Assembly: GCA_039028615.1 (NCBI GenBank)
Contig: JBCCHT010000056.1
Location: 14,526-78,525 of the forward strand
Direction: 5' to 3'
DNA length: 64,000 nt
Source: Myxococcota bacterium
GTDB taxonomy: Bacteria; Myxococcota_A; Polyangia; Nannocystales; Nannocystaceae
Both the position numbers and the translations under genes were made by a program. How positions within the stretch are numbered: the stretch's first letter is position 1; each line of letters starts with the position of its first letter. This document shows positions 55,428-64,000 of the stretch, one piece after another. The notes under the pieces were generated by a model, which worked only from the letters and a program-made list of their open reading frames with translations, had not been told where the DNA came from and did not search any database.

Positions 55428-56348
55428 CTACTTCAGGCGCTCGCCGGTCTCGAGATCGTAGATGTGCCCCGGCATCGCGATGCGGAAGCCCAGGCCTTCC
55501 GCCCGCTCGCGATGCTCCTCGAGGTCGTCCTCGTGGTGCATCAGCACGATCTTGCGCCGCAGTGATTCCGGCAGCGCCTCGAGCCCCTGGAACGAGCCGT
55601 GGACCTGGCCGGGGTACTCGGTGAAGGTGCAGTCGTGGAAGAAGATGGTGGTGCGCGGCTCGAGCTGTGCCAGCAGGTCGGGCATGACCGTCGCATCGCC
55701 GCTCCACCACGCGATCTTCTGCTCGTCGCCGCGACCCACGTCGATCTCGAGCGAAGTCGACGGCTTGCAGGGCACGTGCTCGGTGTCGCGAGCGACCAGA
55801 CGCAGGCCTTCGGTGGCAAAGGTTTCGGCCGCGGCCCAACCATCGGGACTGGGCGGCTCGGCGTGGTTCGGCTCGATCACCTCGAAGTAGGTCTCGAGCG
55901 TGCCGGAGGTGGGAGCGTCGGGCTCGGGCACATAGCGGAGCGCGGCGGCCATGGTCTGCCACAGCTCTTCGCGAACGGCTCGATGGCACATCAGCTGCGG
56001 TCGCGGCCCGCCCTCACGCACCGACGGGACCCCATTGTCGGCGTGGAAGTAGCGGGAGAACGCGAAGTCCTCGAGACCAAACACGTGGTCCCCGTGCACG
56101 TGCGTGATGATCTGACCCCCGATGTCGTGCCACGACACGTTCTCGGCGCTGAGCTGATCGGGGGCTTGCCGCCCACAGTCGATCAGCCACTGCGTACCGT
56201 CGCGCAGGGTGATTCCCGAGCAGGTCGTGCCGTAACGCCGGGAAAAGGCTCCACCCGCGCCGTAGAAGCGCAGGCACATGTTGGGGCCATGTGCGCTCAC
56301 CGTGGAATCCAGGCGTGAGATCCGCCCCTCCTCGGACGAATCGCTCAC
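55428..56348 (-). CDS. Metallo-beta-lactamase-fold hydrolase (RNase Z/phosphodiesterase-like)
   Basis: FYGAGGAF, LIDCG, THVHGDH, TEH, WSGD, FHDC, VH, LMH. Confidence 0.85.
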   Translation of the reverse strand: MSDSSEEGRISRLDSTVSAHGPNMCLRFYGAGGAFSRRYGTTCSGITLRDGTQWLIDCGRQAPDQLSAENVSWHDIGGQIITHVHGDHVFGLEDFAFSRYFHADNGVPSVREGGPRPQLMCHRAVREELWQTMAAALRYVPEPDAPTSGTLETYFEVIEPNHAEPPSPDGWAAAETFATEGLRLVARDTEHVPCKPSTSLEIDVGRGDEQKIAWWSGDATVMPDLLAQLEPRTTIFFHDCTFTEYPGQVHGSFQGLEALPESLRRKIVLMHHEDDLEEHRERAEGLGFRIAMPGHIYDLETGERLK

Positions 56349-56475
56349 CCGATCGGAACGTAGCTCATCCAGCGACCGTTCTGCACCTAAACGGCTGATT
56401 CGGTGGTCGATCCGAGCATGTAGGTCTTTATCTTACCCACCCTGCGGGGGCGGGCGGCCCCGCCGCGAGCCGACT

Positions 56476-57843
56476 TCAGGCCGCCCGACGACGGGTCCAG
56501 AGCACCAAGGAGCCCACATTGGCGAGGGTGATGCCCAAGACCACCAGCCACAGGATGCCAGCCCGTCGCTGCTCGCTCGGCTCTTCGCCCACCGCGACCA
56601 CGAACCCACGAGGGTCGACCTCGATGCTGCGCTCGAGCCGAAGCGAACGGAGCTGCTCTGCTGGCCACCGAACCATTTCGGTCCGGGGTCGCTCGGCCAG
56701 GCGATCGCCCTTCAGCTCGTAGCCAGGGCTCGTCACGTTGTCGCCGAGAGGGAACTGCAGGCTGTCGCCATCGCGACCGACCTGCCCTGCCGCCGCACCG
56801 TAGTTGAGCGGCAGGCCGAGGACGAACGCCCCGACCTTGGGATCGGTGGTGCCCTCGACGTCGGTCAGGCCCTTGTTGAGCGCCTGCTGGGCGGCCTTGC
56901 GCTCGCCGGGCGGGATGCGAGCCACGAACCGGTAGAAGGTCTTCGTGGGCTCGAGCTGGAGGTAGGGATACCCGAGCCCGGCCACGACTTTGTCAGCCGC
57001 CTCGGCATCGTCGAAGGAGCTGGTGCCCAGCTGCACGCGAGCGTCGGGGCCCTCGAAGATCAGGCGGACCTCTTCGTCGGGCTGGACCTCGACCGTGCCG
57101 CCCGCGGCGGTGGGCCAGCTGGTGCCGGAGCCCATCGTCTCGACGGCCTTCGCCGGATCGAGGTCGACTTCCTTGATCACCTTGTTTTGGGCGTAGAACT
57201 GGCTCAGCCACTCGAAGGCGCGATCGTCCTCGAGGCGACGCAAGCGCCCGCGATAGCGCCCTTCGAAGTTGTTGGTGACCGGCTGGTCCTTGCCGCGCGG
57301 CACGGCGGCGAACAGGCCACCGCCGCCCTCGGTCACCCGCAGGTATCCGATGATGCGCTCGCTCGTGGTCAGCCGAGCTGCGTTCTGCACGTCGGGCGTG
57401 CCCTGCAAGACGACGAACTGGTCGTCGTAGGCATCGAGCGTGCGACCGCCGTCGAGCAGGGTGGCCGCGTCGCCGAGCTCGACCGGCTCGGACGAGCGCA
57501 TCCAGAAGCGGAAGTCCGCAAACATGGTGACGAGCAGGTAGGCCCCGAAGGCCACCACCACCATGGAGATGATGGGCGATCGGCGAGGGCGGGTCTTCTC
57601 GAGGGCCGCGTCGGCGTCGAAGTCGTCCGCGCTGCGGAGCTGGGCGACCACGCCATCGACGCCGAGCCGATCGAGATCGGAGACGTCGAGGCCGTCTTCT
57701 TCTTCGTCGCCGTCCTCGGCGGCGAGCGTCTCCAGGTCGACATCGTGGTCGGCCTCCGTCGACTCGGCCCCCTCGGAGGCGGCGTTGTCGCTGGACAGGT
57801 GCTGCTCGGGACCGACTCCCGCCTCGTCGTTCGTCTCGCTCAC
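56476..57843 (-). CDS. Hypothetical membrane protein (two TM helices flanking a periplasmic domain)
   Basis: Acidic N-terminus, TM at SPIISMVVVAFGAYLL, C-terminal TM followed by RRR. Confidence 0.7.
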   Translation of the reverse strand: MSETNDEAGVGPEQHLSSDNAASEGAESTEADHDVDLETLAAEDGDEEEDGLDVSDLDRLGVDGVVAQLRSADDFDADAALEKTRPRRSPIISMVVVAFGAYLLVTMFADFRFWMRSSEPVELGDAATLLDGGRTLDAYDDQFVVLQGTPDVQNAARLTTSERIIGYLRVTEGGGGLFAAVPRGKDQPVTNNFEGRYRGRLRRLEDDRAFEWLSQFYAQNKVIKEVDLDPAKAVETMGSGTSWPTAAGGTVEVQPDEEVRLIFEGPDARVQLGTSSFDDAEAADKVVAGLGYPYLQLEPTKTFYRFVARIPPGERKAAQQALNKGLTDVEGTTDPKVGAFVLGLPLNYGAAAGQVGRDGDSLQFPLGDNVTSPGYELKGDRLAERPRTEMVRWPAEQLRSLRLERSIEVDPRGFVVAVGEEPSEQRRAGILWLVVLGITLANVGSLVLWTRRRAA

Positions 57844-57982
57844 GGCTTTGCCTCGCTATTACGTACCACGGCGTCATGGGCTTGGACCCCCGCCGCCCCT
57901 GAAGGTTCCCGAGCTCTCCCATCCGGCCTGCGCAGCGGGCGCAGAGCGCTCCTCCGGGCCGTTTCACCGTTGGCCGCTCGCG

Positions 57983-58012
57983 TTGACAGTGCTCGACCCG
58001 GACGCTCACGAT
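57983..58012 (+). promoter_or_regulatory. Possible sigma70 promoter
   Basis: TTGACA-N18-CACGAT ending 8 nt before ATG 58021. Confidence 0.45.
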
Positions 58013-58020
58013 CGAAGGGC

Positions 58021-58659
58021 ATGACGTCGGCATTGGAACTTCGGGATGGCTTCCGGTTTCGAGTGCCCCTCGATGCCGACGCGCTGTGGGATCGGCTCTC
58101 CGAGCACCCGCGGATCCGCGTCGCCGAAGATCCTGCCCCAGACCCGCCACCGCCCGAAGGCGCGCCCTTTCTCATCGCCCGCCAGTCCGCTCGCGAGTTT
58201 CGGCTTCGTCACTGGGCCGGCCCGGCCGACGCGGCGTCCCCCGTGGTGATCATGAAGCTCGAACCCGATGGCCACGGCGGCACGTTGGTACGGGGACACT
58301 TCGAGAACCGGAATCGCCAGCGCCGACTGGTCGACTTGCCGCGACTGCGGCGAGGCGGCGGAGCCTTCATTGCCGCCAGCGTCGTCGTGACCGTGCTGGC
58401 CATCGCCCTGCTCGCCCCGGTGTTGATCGGTGCCCCCTTGGACACCGTCGTGTCCGTCTTGGGTTTGCTGTTTTTCTTCACCGTCCCGACCGCGCTGGTC
58501 TTCGTGCCCGGCCTCATCATTTGGAACGCGGAGGGACGCAAGCGCTTCATCGCTCCGCTGTGGGAACTGGTGGGTGAAGTGATGCTGCCCATCGCCCTGC
58601 CCGAGTCGACGAGCGACCGCCCCTTCCGCGGCCACGCCCTGCCCGCCGCAGGCGACTGA
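58021..58659 (+). CDS. Hypothetical membrane protein
   Basis: Soluble N-terminal domain followed by two TM helices. Confidence 0.6.
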   Translation: MTSALELRDGFRFRVPLDADALWDRLSEHPRIRVAEDPAPDPPPPEGAPFLIARQSAREFRLRHWAGPADAASPVVIMKLEPDGHGGTLVRGHFENRNRQRRLVDLPRLRRGGGAFIAASVVVTVLAIALLAPVLIGAPLDTVVSVLGLLFFFTVPTALVFVPGLIIWNAEGRKRFIAPLWELVGEVMLPIALPESTSDRPFRGHALPAAGD

Positions 58660-58773
58660 ACGTGGTTTCGGAGGCCCTGAGCGGGCGTTCGCCCCGCTCC
58701 AGACTCAAATTACGCTTCGTTCACAAATGTCTGGCTCCACTCGCGCGTCGAAGGGAACAGGAGCCACGACCCC

Positions 58774-59070
58774 ATGCGTATCGATCTCGAACAGTTCTTG
58801 GCATTGACCATGACCCTGGGCGCGGTGGGTGCGGTCGGAGCCGGCGTCTACACCAACCGCGCCTCCACCGAGACCGTCGACACCACCGAAGCCGAGTCGA
58901 CGGCCGAAGAGGAGGAAGAGCCCATGCCCGAGGCCGAGCCTCGCCCTCCGCGTCCGGCCGAGCCAGCACCGACCGCCGCCCCCGAGCCCGAGCCCACACC
59001 GCAGCTCGATGCGGACCCCGACATCCTCGACGCGGCACCCGGGCCTCAGGTCGAGTCCATGAACTGGTAG
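58774..59070 (+). CDS. Small exported Glu/Pro-rich protein
   Basis: SD AGGAG, hydrophobic N-terminus, PE/PA linker, C-terminal GPQVESMNW. Confidence 0.6.
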   Translation: MRIDLEQFLALTMTLGAVGAVGAGVYTNRASTETVDTTEAESTAEEEEEPMPEAEPRPPRPAEPAPTAAPEPEPTPQLDADPDILDAAPGPQVESMNW

Positions 59071-59083
59071 CGACCCTTCGATT

Positions 59084-61300
59084 TCAACCCGCACGGCGGC
59101 GCGCTCGGACCGAGCGTCGCCGCCGTCGCAGCATCAGCAGCATCAACGAACCGAACGCGGCCCAGGGCGCCCGCTCGTCGTCTCCGCTGGAGCGACACGT
59201 GCAGCCGCCGTCGTCGTCGAGCCCGGTCACGGTGCTGCCCCCCGTGTCCCCGCTGCTGCTCCCGGTGCCGGGCGTGCCCGTGTCGACCGAGGTCTGCCCG
59301 CCGCCGGTCGAGCCCGCCGTATCGTCGAGGCTCCCGGAGTCCGAGGTCAGGCCGCCGTCGCTCGAGCTGCCCGCCGGGCCGCCGTCACTGCTGCCGCTGT
59401 CCTCGCTGCCCGGCCCCGTGCTCCCGGCCGAGGTCTCGGCGCTCATCGTGCAGTCGTTGTCGCAGCCGTCCCCGTCCTCGTCGTTACCGTCGTCGCACTC
59501 CTCGACTCCGGCCTGCACGAAGCCGTCGCCGCAGCTGGCGGTCAGGCAGTTGCTCGGGCACTCGTCGGTGTCGTCGTCGTTGGCATCGTCGCACTCCTCC
59601 GTGCCCGCCCAGACCAGGCCGTCGCCACACGTGGCCGGCGTGCAGTCGTTGAGGCACGCATCGGTCTCCTCGTCGTTGCCGTCGTCGCACTCCTCGTTGC
59701 CCGCCCACACGAAGCCGTCGCCGCAGCTGGCCAGCGTGCAGCTGCCGGGGCACTGGTCGGTGTCGTCGCCGTTGCCGTCGTCGCACTCCTCGACCCCCGC
59801 CCACAAAAAGCCATCGCCGCACGCCGCCGCGGTGCAATCGTTGAGGCACGCGTCGGTGTTGGTGTTGTCCCCGTCGTCGCACTCCTCGACCCCGGCCTGC
59901 ACGAAGCCATCGCCGCACACCGCGAACGCACAGTTGCCGGGACAGCCATCGGTATCGTCACCGTTGCCGTCGTCGCACGCCTCGTCGAAGTCGACGATGG
60001 AGTTGCCGCAGCAGGACACCGGGATTCGGGCCATCGCGTCCACCGGACCCATGCCCTGATCGATCTCGATCTCGAGGTAGATGCTGCCGTCCTCGGCCAG
60101 CGAGCGGCTCGGCTGCAGCGAGGTCGCCCGCAGGTCGGTGACCAGCCCGTCTCCCACCCCGTCGCCATCGAGATCGAGTTCGTCGACGTCGGCCGTGAGC
60201 ACCGCCAGCGAGCTGCCCTGGAGGTCCACCGGGTTGCAGGCGTAGAACAACGACTCCGAAACTCCCCCGTCGTAGCTCCACGCATGCGCGACGCGGCCAT
60301 TGTTGGCCAGGCCGACGAACCGAACGAACGCGCTCTGCACCAGGGTGATGCCCGCGATGATGTCGTTCTCCCGGACGGCGATGACCCCGTTGTAGGCGAT
60401 GAACTCGTCCATCGCGCTCACCCCGTTGGTATCCCCGGTAAAAATGTAGTCGCCGTTATCGTTGACGGCGACGAGATCGAAGTTGTCCCAGTCGTCCCCC
60501 GCCCCGTTGGGGGTGTCCTCTTGGTGGAGCAGAGCGCCATCGAGATAGATGTGACCGTCGTCGTTCGAGCCGCCCGTTTCCATGAACAACACGGCCACCA
60601 GATGATTGCCGTTGAAGGAGACCTCGTAGTCGAAATCGAGCCCGGCGGACGAGGAAATCTCCATCCCTCCCACCGCGTCCGCGGTGGAGAGCACCACCTC
60701 GATGTCGCCGGGCATCGCCGTCGGGCTGCGATACAGCACCCGCTCTTCGGTGCCTCCGCTGCCCGTGATGTCGAGCCCGGCCAACCAATAGGCAGTGCCG
60801 TCGGCGGTCATCAGCGGGCGGCTATGAAACGTGGTGATCACTCCGGCGGGGAAGACCGGAGCTTGCGCTCCTCCGACCGCCAGCTGGCCATTGTGGGTCC
60901 ACACCGCGTCGTTGCCATCGACCGAAGGGCTGTAGATGAAACCCCCGGCCGCGCTCGCGCCCATGCTCGCCTCGGCCGTGGTCAAGCTCAGCACCAGCTC
61001 GTCGCTGTTGAGCCACACGACCTGGTCGTCGACGAAGACGTAGGCATCCCCGCCCTCCAGCAACCCGGTGAATCCCACCGTGCCGTCGGCGAGCACGAAG
61101 GGAGGGTTGATGGCGCTGACCACCTCGGCCGCGCCGAGCGGCACGTCGCCCTCGCGCACCAGCAGCTCGCCCGGCACCACCGCCGCGTCGACCGTGGTCG
61201 AAGCCAGCACCATCGGCAGCGCCATCAACGGCCAGACCCAACGTCGGCGATGAGAGTTACGGAGGCGATAGCTCGCGGCGTCGGTCCTACGATCGGCCAT
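59084..61300 (-). CDS. Surface protein with beta-propeller-like N-terminus, DUF4215/Myxococcus Cys-rich repeats and MYXO-CTERM
   Basis: Signal peptide, six CGDG...EECDDGN...D.C...C repeats, Ser/Gly/Thr linker, GGCTC + TM + RRRRR. Start uncertain (61225 to 61489). Confidence 0.85.
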   Translation of the reverse strand: MADRRTDAASYRLRNSHRRRWVWPLMALPMVLASTTVDAAVVPGELLVREGDVPLGAAEVVSAINPPFVLADGTVGFTGLLEGGDAYVFVDDQVVWLNSDELVLSLTTAEASMGASAAGGFIYSPSVDGNDAVWTHNGQLAVGGAQAPVFPAGVITTFHSRPLMTADGTAYWLAGLDITGSGGTEERVLYRSPTAMPGDIEVVLSTADAVGGMEISSSAGLDFDYEVSFNGNHLVAVLFMETGGSNDDGHIYLDGALLHQEDTPNGAGDDWDNFDLVAVNDNGDYIFTGDTNGVSAMDEFIAYNGVIAVRENDIIAGITLVQSAFVRFVGLANNGRVAHAWSYDGGVSESLFYACNPVDLQGSSLAVLTADVDELDLDGDGVGDGLVTDLRATSLQPSRSLAEDGSIYLEIEIDQGMGPVDAMARIPVSCCGNSIVDFDEACDDGNGDDTDGCPGNCAFAVCGDGFVQAGVEECDDGDNTNTDACLNDCTAAACGDGFLWAGVEECDDGNGDDTDQCPGSCTLASCGDGFVWAGNEECDDGNDEETDACLNDCTPATCGDGLVWAGTEECDDANDDDTDECPSNCLTASCGDGFVQAGVEECDDGNDEDGDGCDNDCTMSAETSAGSTGPGSEDSGSSDGGPAGSSSDGGLTSDSGSLDDTAGSTGGGQTSVDTGTPGTGSSSGDTGGSTVTGLDDDGGCTCRSSGDDERAPWAAFGSLMLLMLRRRRRSVRARRRAG
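59447..60013 (-). repeat. Six tandem Myxococcus cysteine-rich repeats of about 96 bp (coding)
   Basis: Recurring GCCGTCGTCGCACTCCTCG and GAAGCCGTCGCCGCA blocks at about 96-nt spacing. Confidence 0.85.
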
Positions 61301-61537
61301 GGTCCGGTCAGGATAGCCCGACGCCATGCGCTCAGGCGCGCGGCGAGTCGACCAACGACTCATGGCACGGAAACTGCCGTCCGCGGTTTCGCTCGCAAGG
61401 CGCGAAACCGGGGAGGTGTCACGACGCGATGGGCCCTCGGGGCTTGTGCAGTGTTCGATGATCAAGGCGAGTCGCGCGCGAACGGCCACGACGACGCGCC
61501 CCGGCGAGCGGCTGGCCCCAGTGCGACCGCAAGACCG

Positions 61538-62155
61538 CTAGCCTTCGTCGTCGGGCCAGGACGCGATCGGCTCGCCCGGCACGACCGACGTGCCCCGAGC
61601 GACCACTCGAACCCGGCTGGGCATCATTCCCCAGGGGCCCTGTGGTTCCTCGGCGAAGGACTCCGCCCAGACTTCATAGGTGCCGGCTTCGACCGCAATC
61701 GCCACGCCGACCTCCAGTTGTCCGACCGGCGCGTCCTCGGTGACTCGGGGCACCACGAGAGGCTCGCCGAGCAGTCCCATCAAGACCAGCACGCCACTGT
61801 CGACCCGCACCGTACCGAGCAAGACGGGGTCGGTGGTCGGGTGTGTCGCGATCGTGCGCTCTCGTTGCGCCGGCGCGTCTTCGCCTTCGTCGTCCAGGTA
61901 GGTCTCGGGAATCACGAAGCTCCCGCCGCTCTCGTACACGTCGGCGACCCCACAGCCGCCGATCTCCACCAAGACGCCCTCCCCTTCCCCGACCTCGAAT
62001 GCCTCCCGATTGGGCGTCTCGCATGCACCATCGAAGTCGACGTCGGCATCGTAGGCGGGCGCGTGGGCGCCATCGATGACCAACACGTCGAGCATGTTGC
62101 CGTGCGGGTTGGCCACTCGGCCGATGGCCTGCAGTCCTCGTTCTCGGCGGTCCAT
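61538..62155 (-). CDS. Hypothetical acidic protein, possibly an Imm21-like immunity protein
   Basis: DFDGAC...EVGEGEGVLV and DSGVLVLM...AVEAGTYEVWA resemble the recalled Imm21 pattern (DYDRAC ... LPAGRWRV). Confidence 0.45.
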   Translation of the reverse strand: MDRRERGLQAIGRVANPHGNMLDVLVIDGAHAPAYDADVDFDGACETPNREAFEVGEGEGVLVEIGGCGVADVYESGGSFVIPETYLDDEGEDAPAQRERTIATHPTTDPVLLGTVRVDSGVLVLMGLLGEPLVVPRVTEDAPVGQLEVGVAIAVEAGTYEVWAESFAEEPQGPWGMMPSRVRVVARGTSVVPGEPIASWPDDEG

Positions 62156-62188
62156 CGCCACGCACGGTACCACCCGCCCGTCGAGCGC

Positions 62189-63658
62189 TCAGTCGTCGTC
62201 CAAACGCGTCATGCGATCGAGCGCATCGAGGACGAGCACCTTCAGGTCCCCGCGATTGGGCAATTTCGCGATCATCCCGTACATGGGAGCGGTGCGCTCG
62301 GGGAGTGATGAACCCGAGTCCGAGCCCAGGCCCATGCGCGATGCCACGCCGAGCGTCAGCGCTCGCGTCACGCGACCGGGCAGGATTTTCAGCGCCGCCT
62401 GGGCCACCGCCATCGCGGAGCGCTCGGCCAAGCGTCGTCCTCCGGTAGGCTCGGCCGCGCTGACCGACGCTCGAAGATCGGCGAGGAACTCCGAGGTCCG
62501 ACCGACGTGCCCCCGCGACACGGTGAGGTGCAAGCTCTCGGGCGCCTGCTGACGATCGATGTGCCACCCGCGAGCGCTCAGCTCGTCGCCGACGGCGAAC
62601 ACATCGAGCCGGTCCGCGCCCAGGGCCATCACGCTCATGTGGGGCTCACCCAAGATGTGCACCCCGTCGATGCGCTCGACCCCGCGTCGGATCTCCGCCG
62701 TCGCCTCCATCACCTCGGCCGTGATCTCCTGGTAGCCCTCGTGACCGAGGTGTTGCATCACCGCCCACGCGGCCGCGATCGCGCCGCCCGGCCGGGTCCC
62801 GGTCATGGTGGGCGAGGCATAGATCCCCCCCGGCCAATCGATGAATGCGTAGTACTGGTGCCGCCGATACGACGCGTTCCGGTACAGCACCGTCGATGCC
62901 CCCTTGGCCGCGTAGCCGTACTTGTGGAGATCGGCCGAGATCGAGGTGACGCCCGGCACATCGAAGTCGAAGGGCGGCACGGGATGTCCCAGCTGGCGCA
63001 CGAACGGAAGCATGAACCCGCCCACGCAGGCATCCACGTGGCACCAAAGGCCGCGGGCGGCCGCGAGATCGGCGATCTCGTCCATCGGGTCGACCACGCC
63101 CTGGGGATAGGACGGGGCCGATCCCACCAGCATGATGGTCCGCCGGGAGATCGCCCGCTGCATGGCCCGGGGATCGGCTCGAAAATCGGGACGCACGGGG
63201 ACGAATACCGGCTCGAGCCCGAAGTAATCGCAGGCCTTGGGGAAGGCCGGGTGGGCGCTGCGGGGCAGGACGATCTGCGGGGTTCCCCGGACTTTTCGGT
63301 GCTGCCTCGCCCAGTCGCGGGCCGCCTTCACCGCCATCAGGATGGACTCCGAGCCCCCCGACGTCATGTTGCCCACCACATCGCGATCGCCCCCCAAAAG
63401 GCGGGCCGTCATCGCGATGACCTCGTTCTCGAAGCGTCGCAGGCTGGGAAAAGCGCTGGGGTTGAGCGCATTCTCCGAAAAGAAGCGCAAATACGCCCGC
63501 TTTACGAGATCCGTGACCTCGTCGCCGGCATGGAACACCAAGCTCATCGTCCTGCCGTCGCGCCAGCGAGCATCGTCGATCGCGGCGTCGTCCATCGCCT
63601 GGAGCACATCGTCGGCGGGCCGACCCTTGGTGGGTAACACAGGGCGAGGCTTCGGCAT
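62189..63658 (-). CDS. Sphingosine-1-phosphate lyase-like PLP enzyme (group II decarboxylase fold)
   Basis: ENALNPSAFPSLRRFENEV, TSGGSESI, SAHPAF.KA, SAPSYPQGVVDP, HVDACVGG, SADLHKYG, GTRPGG, C-terminal MYG. Confidence 0.85.
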   Translation of the reverse strand: MPKPRPVLPTKGRPADDVLQAMDDAAIDDARWRDGRTMSLVFHAGDEVTDLVKRAYLRFFSENALNPSAFPSLRRFENEVIAMTARLLGGDRDVVGNMTSGGSESILMAVKAARDWARQHRKVRGTPQIVLPRSAHPAFPKACDYFGLEPVFVPVRPDFRADPRAMQRAISRRTIMLVGSAPSYPQGVVDPMDEIADLAAARGLWCHVDACVGGFMLPFVRQLGHPVPPFDFDVPGVTSISADLHKYGYAAKGASTVLYRNASYRRHQYYAFIDWPGGIYASPTMTGTRPGGAIAAAWAVMQHLGHEGYQEITAEVMEATAEIRRGVERIDGVHILGEPHMSVMALGADRLDVFAVGDELSARGWHIDRQQAPESLHLTVSRGHVGRTSEFLADLRASVSAAEPTGGRRLAERSAMAVAQAALKILPGRVTRALTLGVASRMGLGSDSGSSLPERTAPMYGMIAKLPNRGDLKVLVLDALDRMTRLDDD

Positions 63659-63800
63659 GTTGACTGATCCCTTCGTTACCAGGCGGTCGGCGCCCCGTCC
63701 AGCACCGTCCTGGTTCGTGTCAGGAGCCTCGGACTGCGCCCGGTCGGTCCATTGAGAACGGGCCCCTCGGTGTGTAACGCTGGCGCCGGAGCACGACCCT

Positions 63801-64000
63801 ATGGCGAGATCGAAGGCTGCCCCCAAGCGCACGAAACGAACGGTTGCTGCCAAGAAGAAGGTCTCGGCCAAGAAGAAGACCGCGGCCAAGAAGAAGACCG
63901 CGGCCAAGAAGAAGACCGCGGCCAAGAAGAAGACCGCGGCCAAGAAGAAGACCGCGGCCAAGAAGAAGACCGCGGCCAAGAAGAAGACCGCGGCCAAGAA
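63801..64000 (+). CDS. Histone H1-like Lys/Ala-rich protein (or N-terminal tail of a larger protein), partial
   Basis: GGAG SD then MARSKAAPKRTKRTVAAKKKVS(AKKKTA)n, open to the window end; absent from the supplied ORF track. Confidence 0.75.
   Translation, partial: MARSKAAPKRTKRTVAAKKKVSAKKKTAAKKKTAAKKKTAAKKKTAAKKKTAAKKKTAAKKKTAAK
63849..64000 (+). repeat. 18-bp tandem repeat GCCAAGAAGAAGACCGCG
   Basis: One degenerate copy (63849-63866), seven perfect copies (63867-63992) and a partial copy at the window edge. Confidence 0.97.

Noticed and set aside
57844..58020. GC-rich divergent spacer containing GGAGAG...TCAGG, suggestive of a glycine riboswitch or 6S RNA
   Set aside because: The CCGAAG core and the expected stems are missing, and the flanking genes are unrelated; it cannot be supported without cmscan.
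59447..60013. Regularly spaced repeats resembling a CRISPR array
   Set aside because: They are in-frame coding Cys-rich repeats with degenerate codons and related inter-repeat sequence; no cas genes are present.
61363..61378. TGGCACG-GAAA-CTGCC, a second sigma54-like site
   Set aside because: The -12 element is weak and there is no plus-strand gene downstream.
63659..63997. (AAVFFL)n hydrophobic N-terminal extension on the 602-aa minus-strand ORF
   Set aside because: It is the antisense reading of the Lys-rich repeat gene; lyase homology begins at ATG 63658.

Overview
High-GC, gene-dense chromosomal window with about 55 CDS. I found no rRNA, tRNA, CRISPR array, transposase or integrase. The source is most likely a myxobacterium, probably Nannocystaceae-like. 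This is inferred from two MYXO-CTERM proteins, Myxococcus cysteine-rich repeats, a Ser/Thr kinase-TPR protein, an FHA-GGDEF protein and many Cys-rich lipoproteins. Contents from left to right: (1) LysM-MepA endopeptidase. (2) MMPL/RND + LolA-like + outer-membrane barrel operon. (3) ilvE and a large GT-C membrane glycosyltransferase. (4) SDR-RidA-crotonase-acyl-CoA dehydrogenase operon and meaB. (5) First glycan block: GT, GDP-mannose/UDP-glucose dehydrogenase, DegT aminotransferase, PglC-like phosphotransferase. (6) HExxH metalloprotease with a partner gene, and a hybrid histidine kinase. (7) hisS, Cys-rich lipoproteins (one behind a consensus sigma54 promoter), Ser/Thr kinase-TPR, DUF6183-like gene, proS. 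(8) Second glycan block: GT4, PglF-like dehydratase, Wza-like exporter. (9) Hydrolase, DEAD-box helicase, TMEM175, GNAT, PHP tyrosine phosphatase, and a YHS-redoxin fusion with a divergent LysR. (10) GlmU-like protein, FHA-GGDEF, DUF2330, moaB, MBL hydrolase, DUF4215 protein, Imm21-like gene, S1P-lyase-like enzyme, and the start of a histone H1-like protein with an 18-bp tandem repeat. The best candidates for undescribed biology are the metalloprotease plus putative TIMP-like partner, the atypical MMPL-LolA-barrel lipid route, the YHS-redoxin fusion, the dispersed Pgl-like glycosylation set, and a window-wide signature of leaderless (-10 box adjacent) genes. All family calls come from motif recognition by eye; no database search was run.
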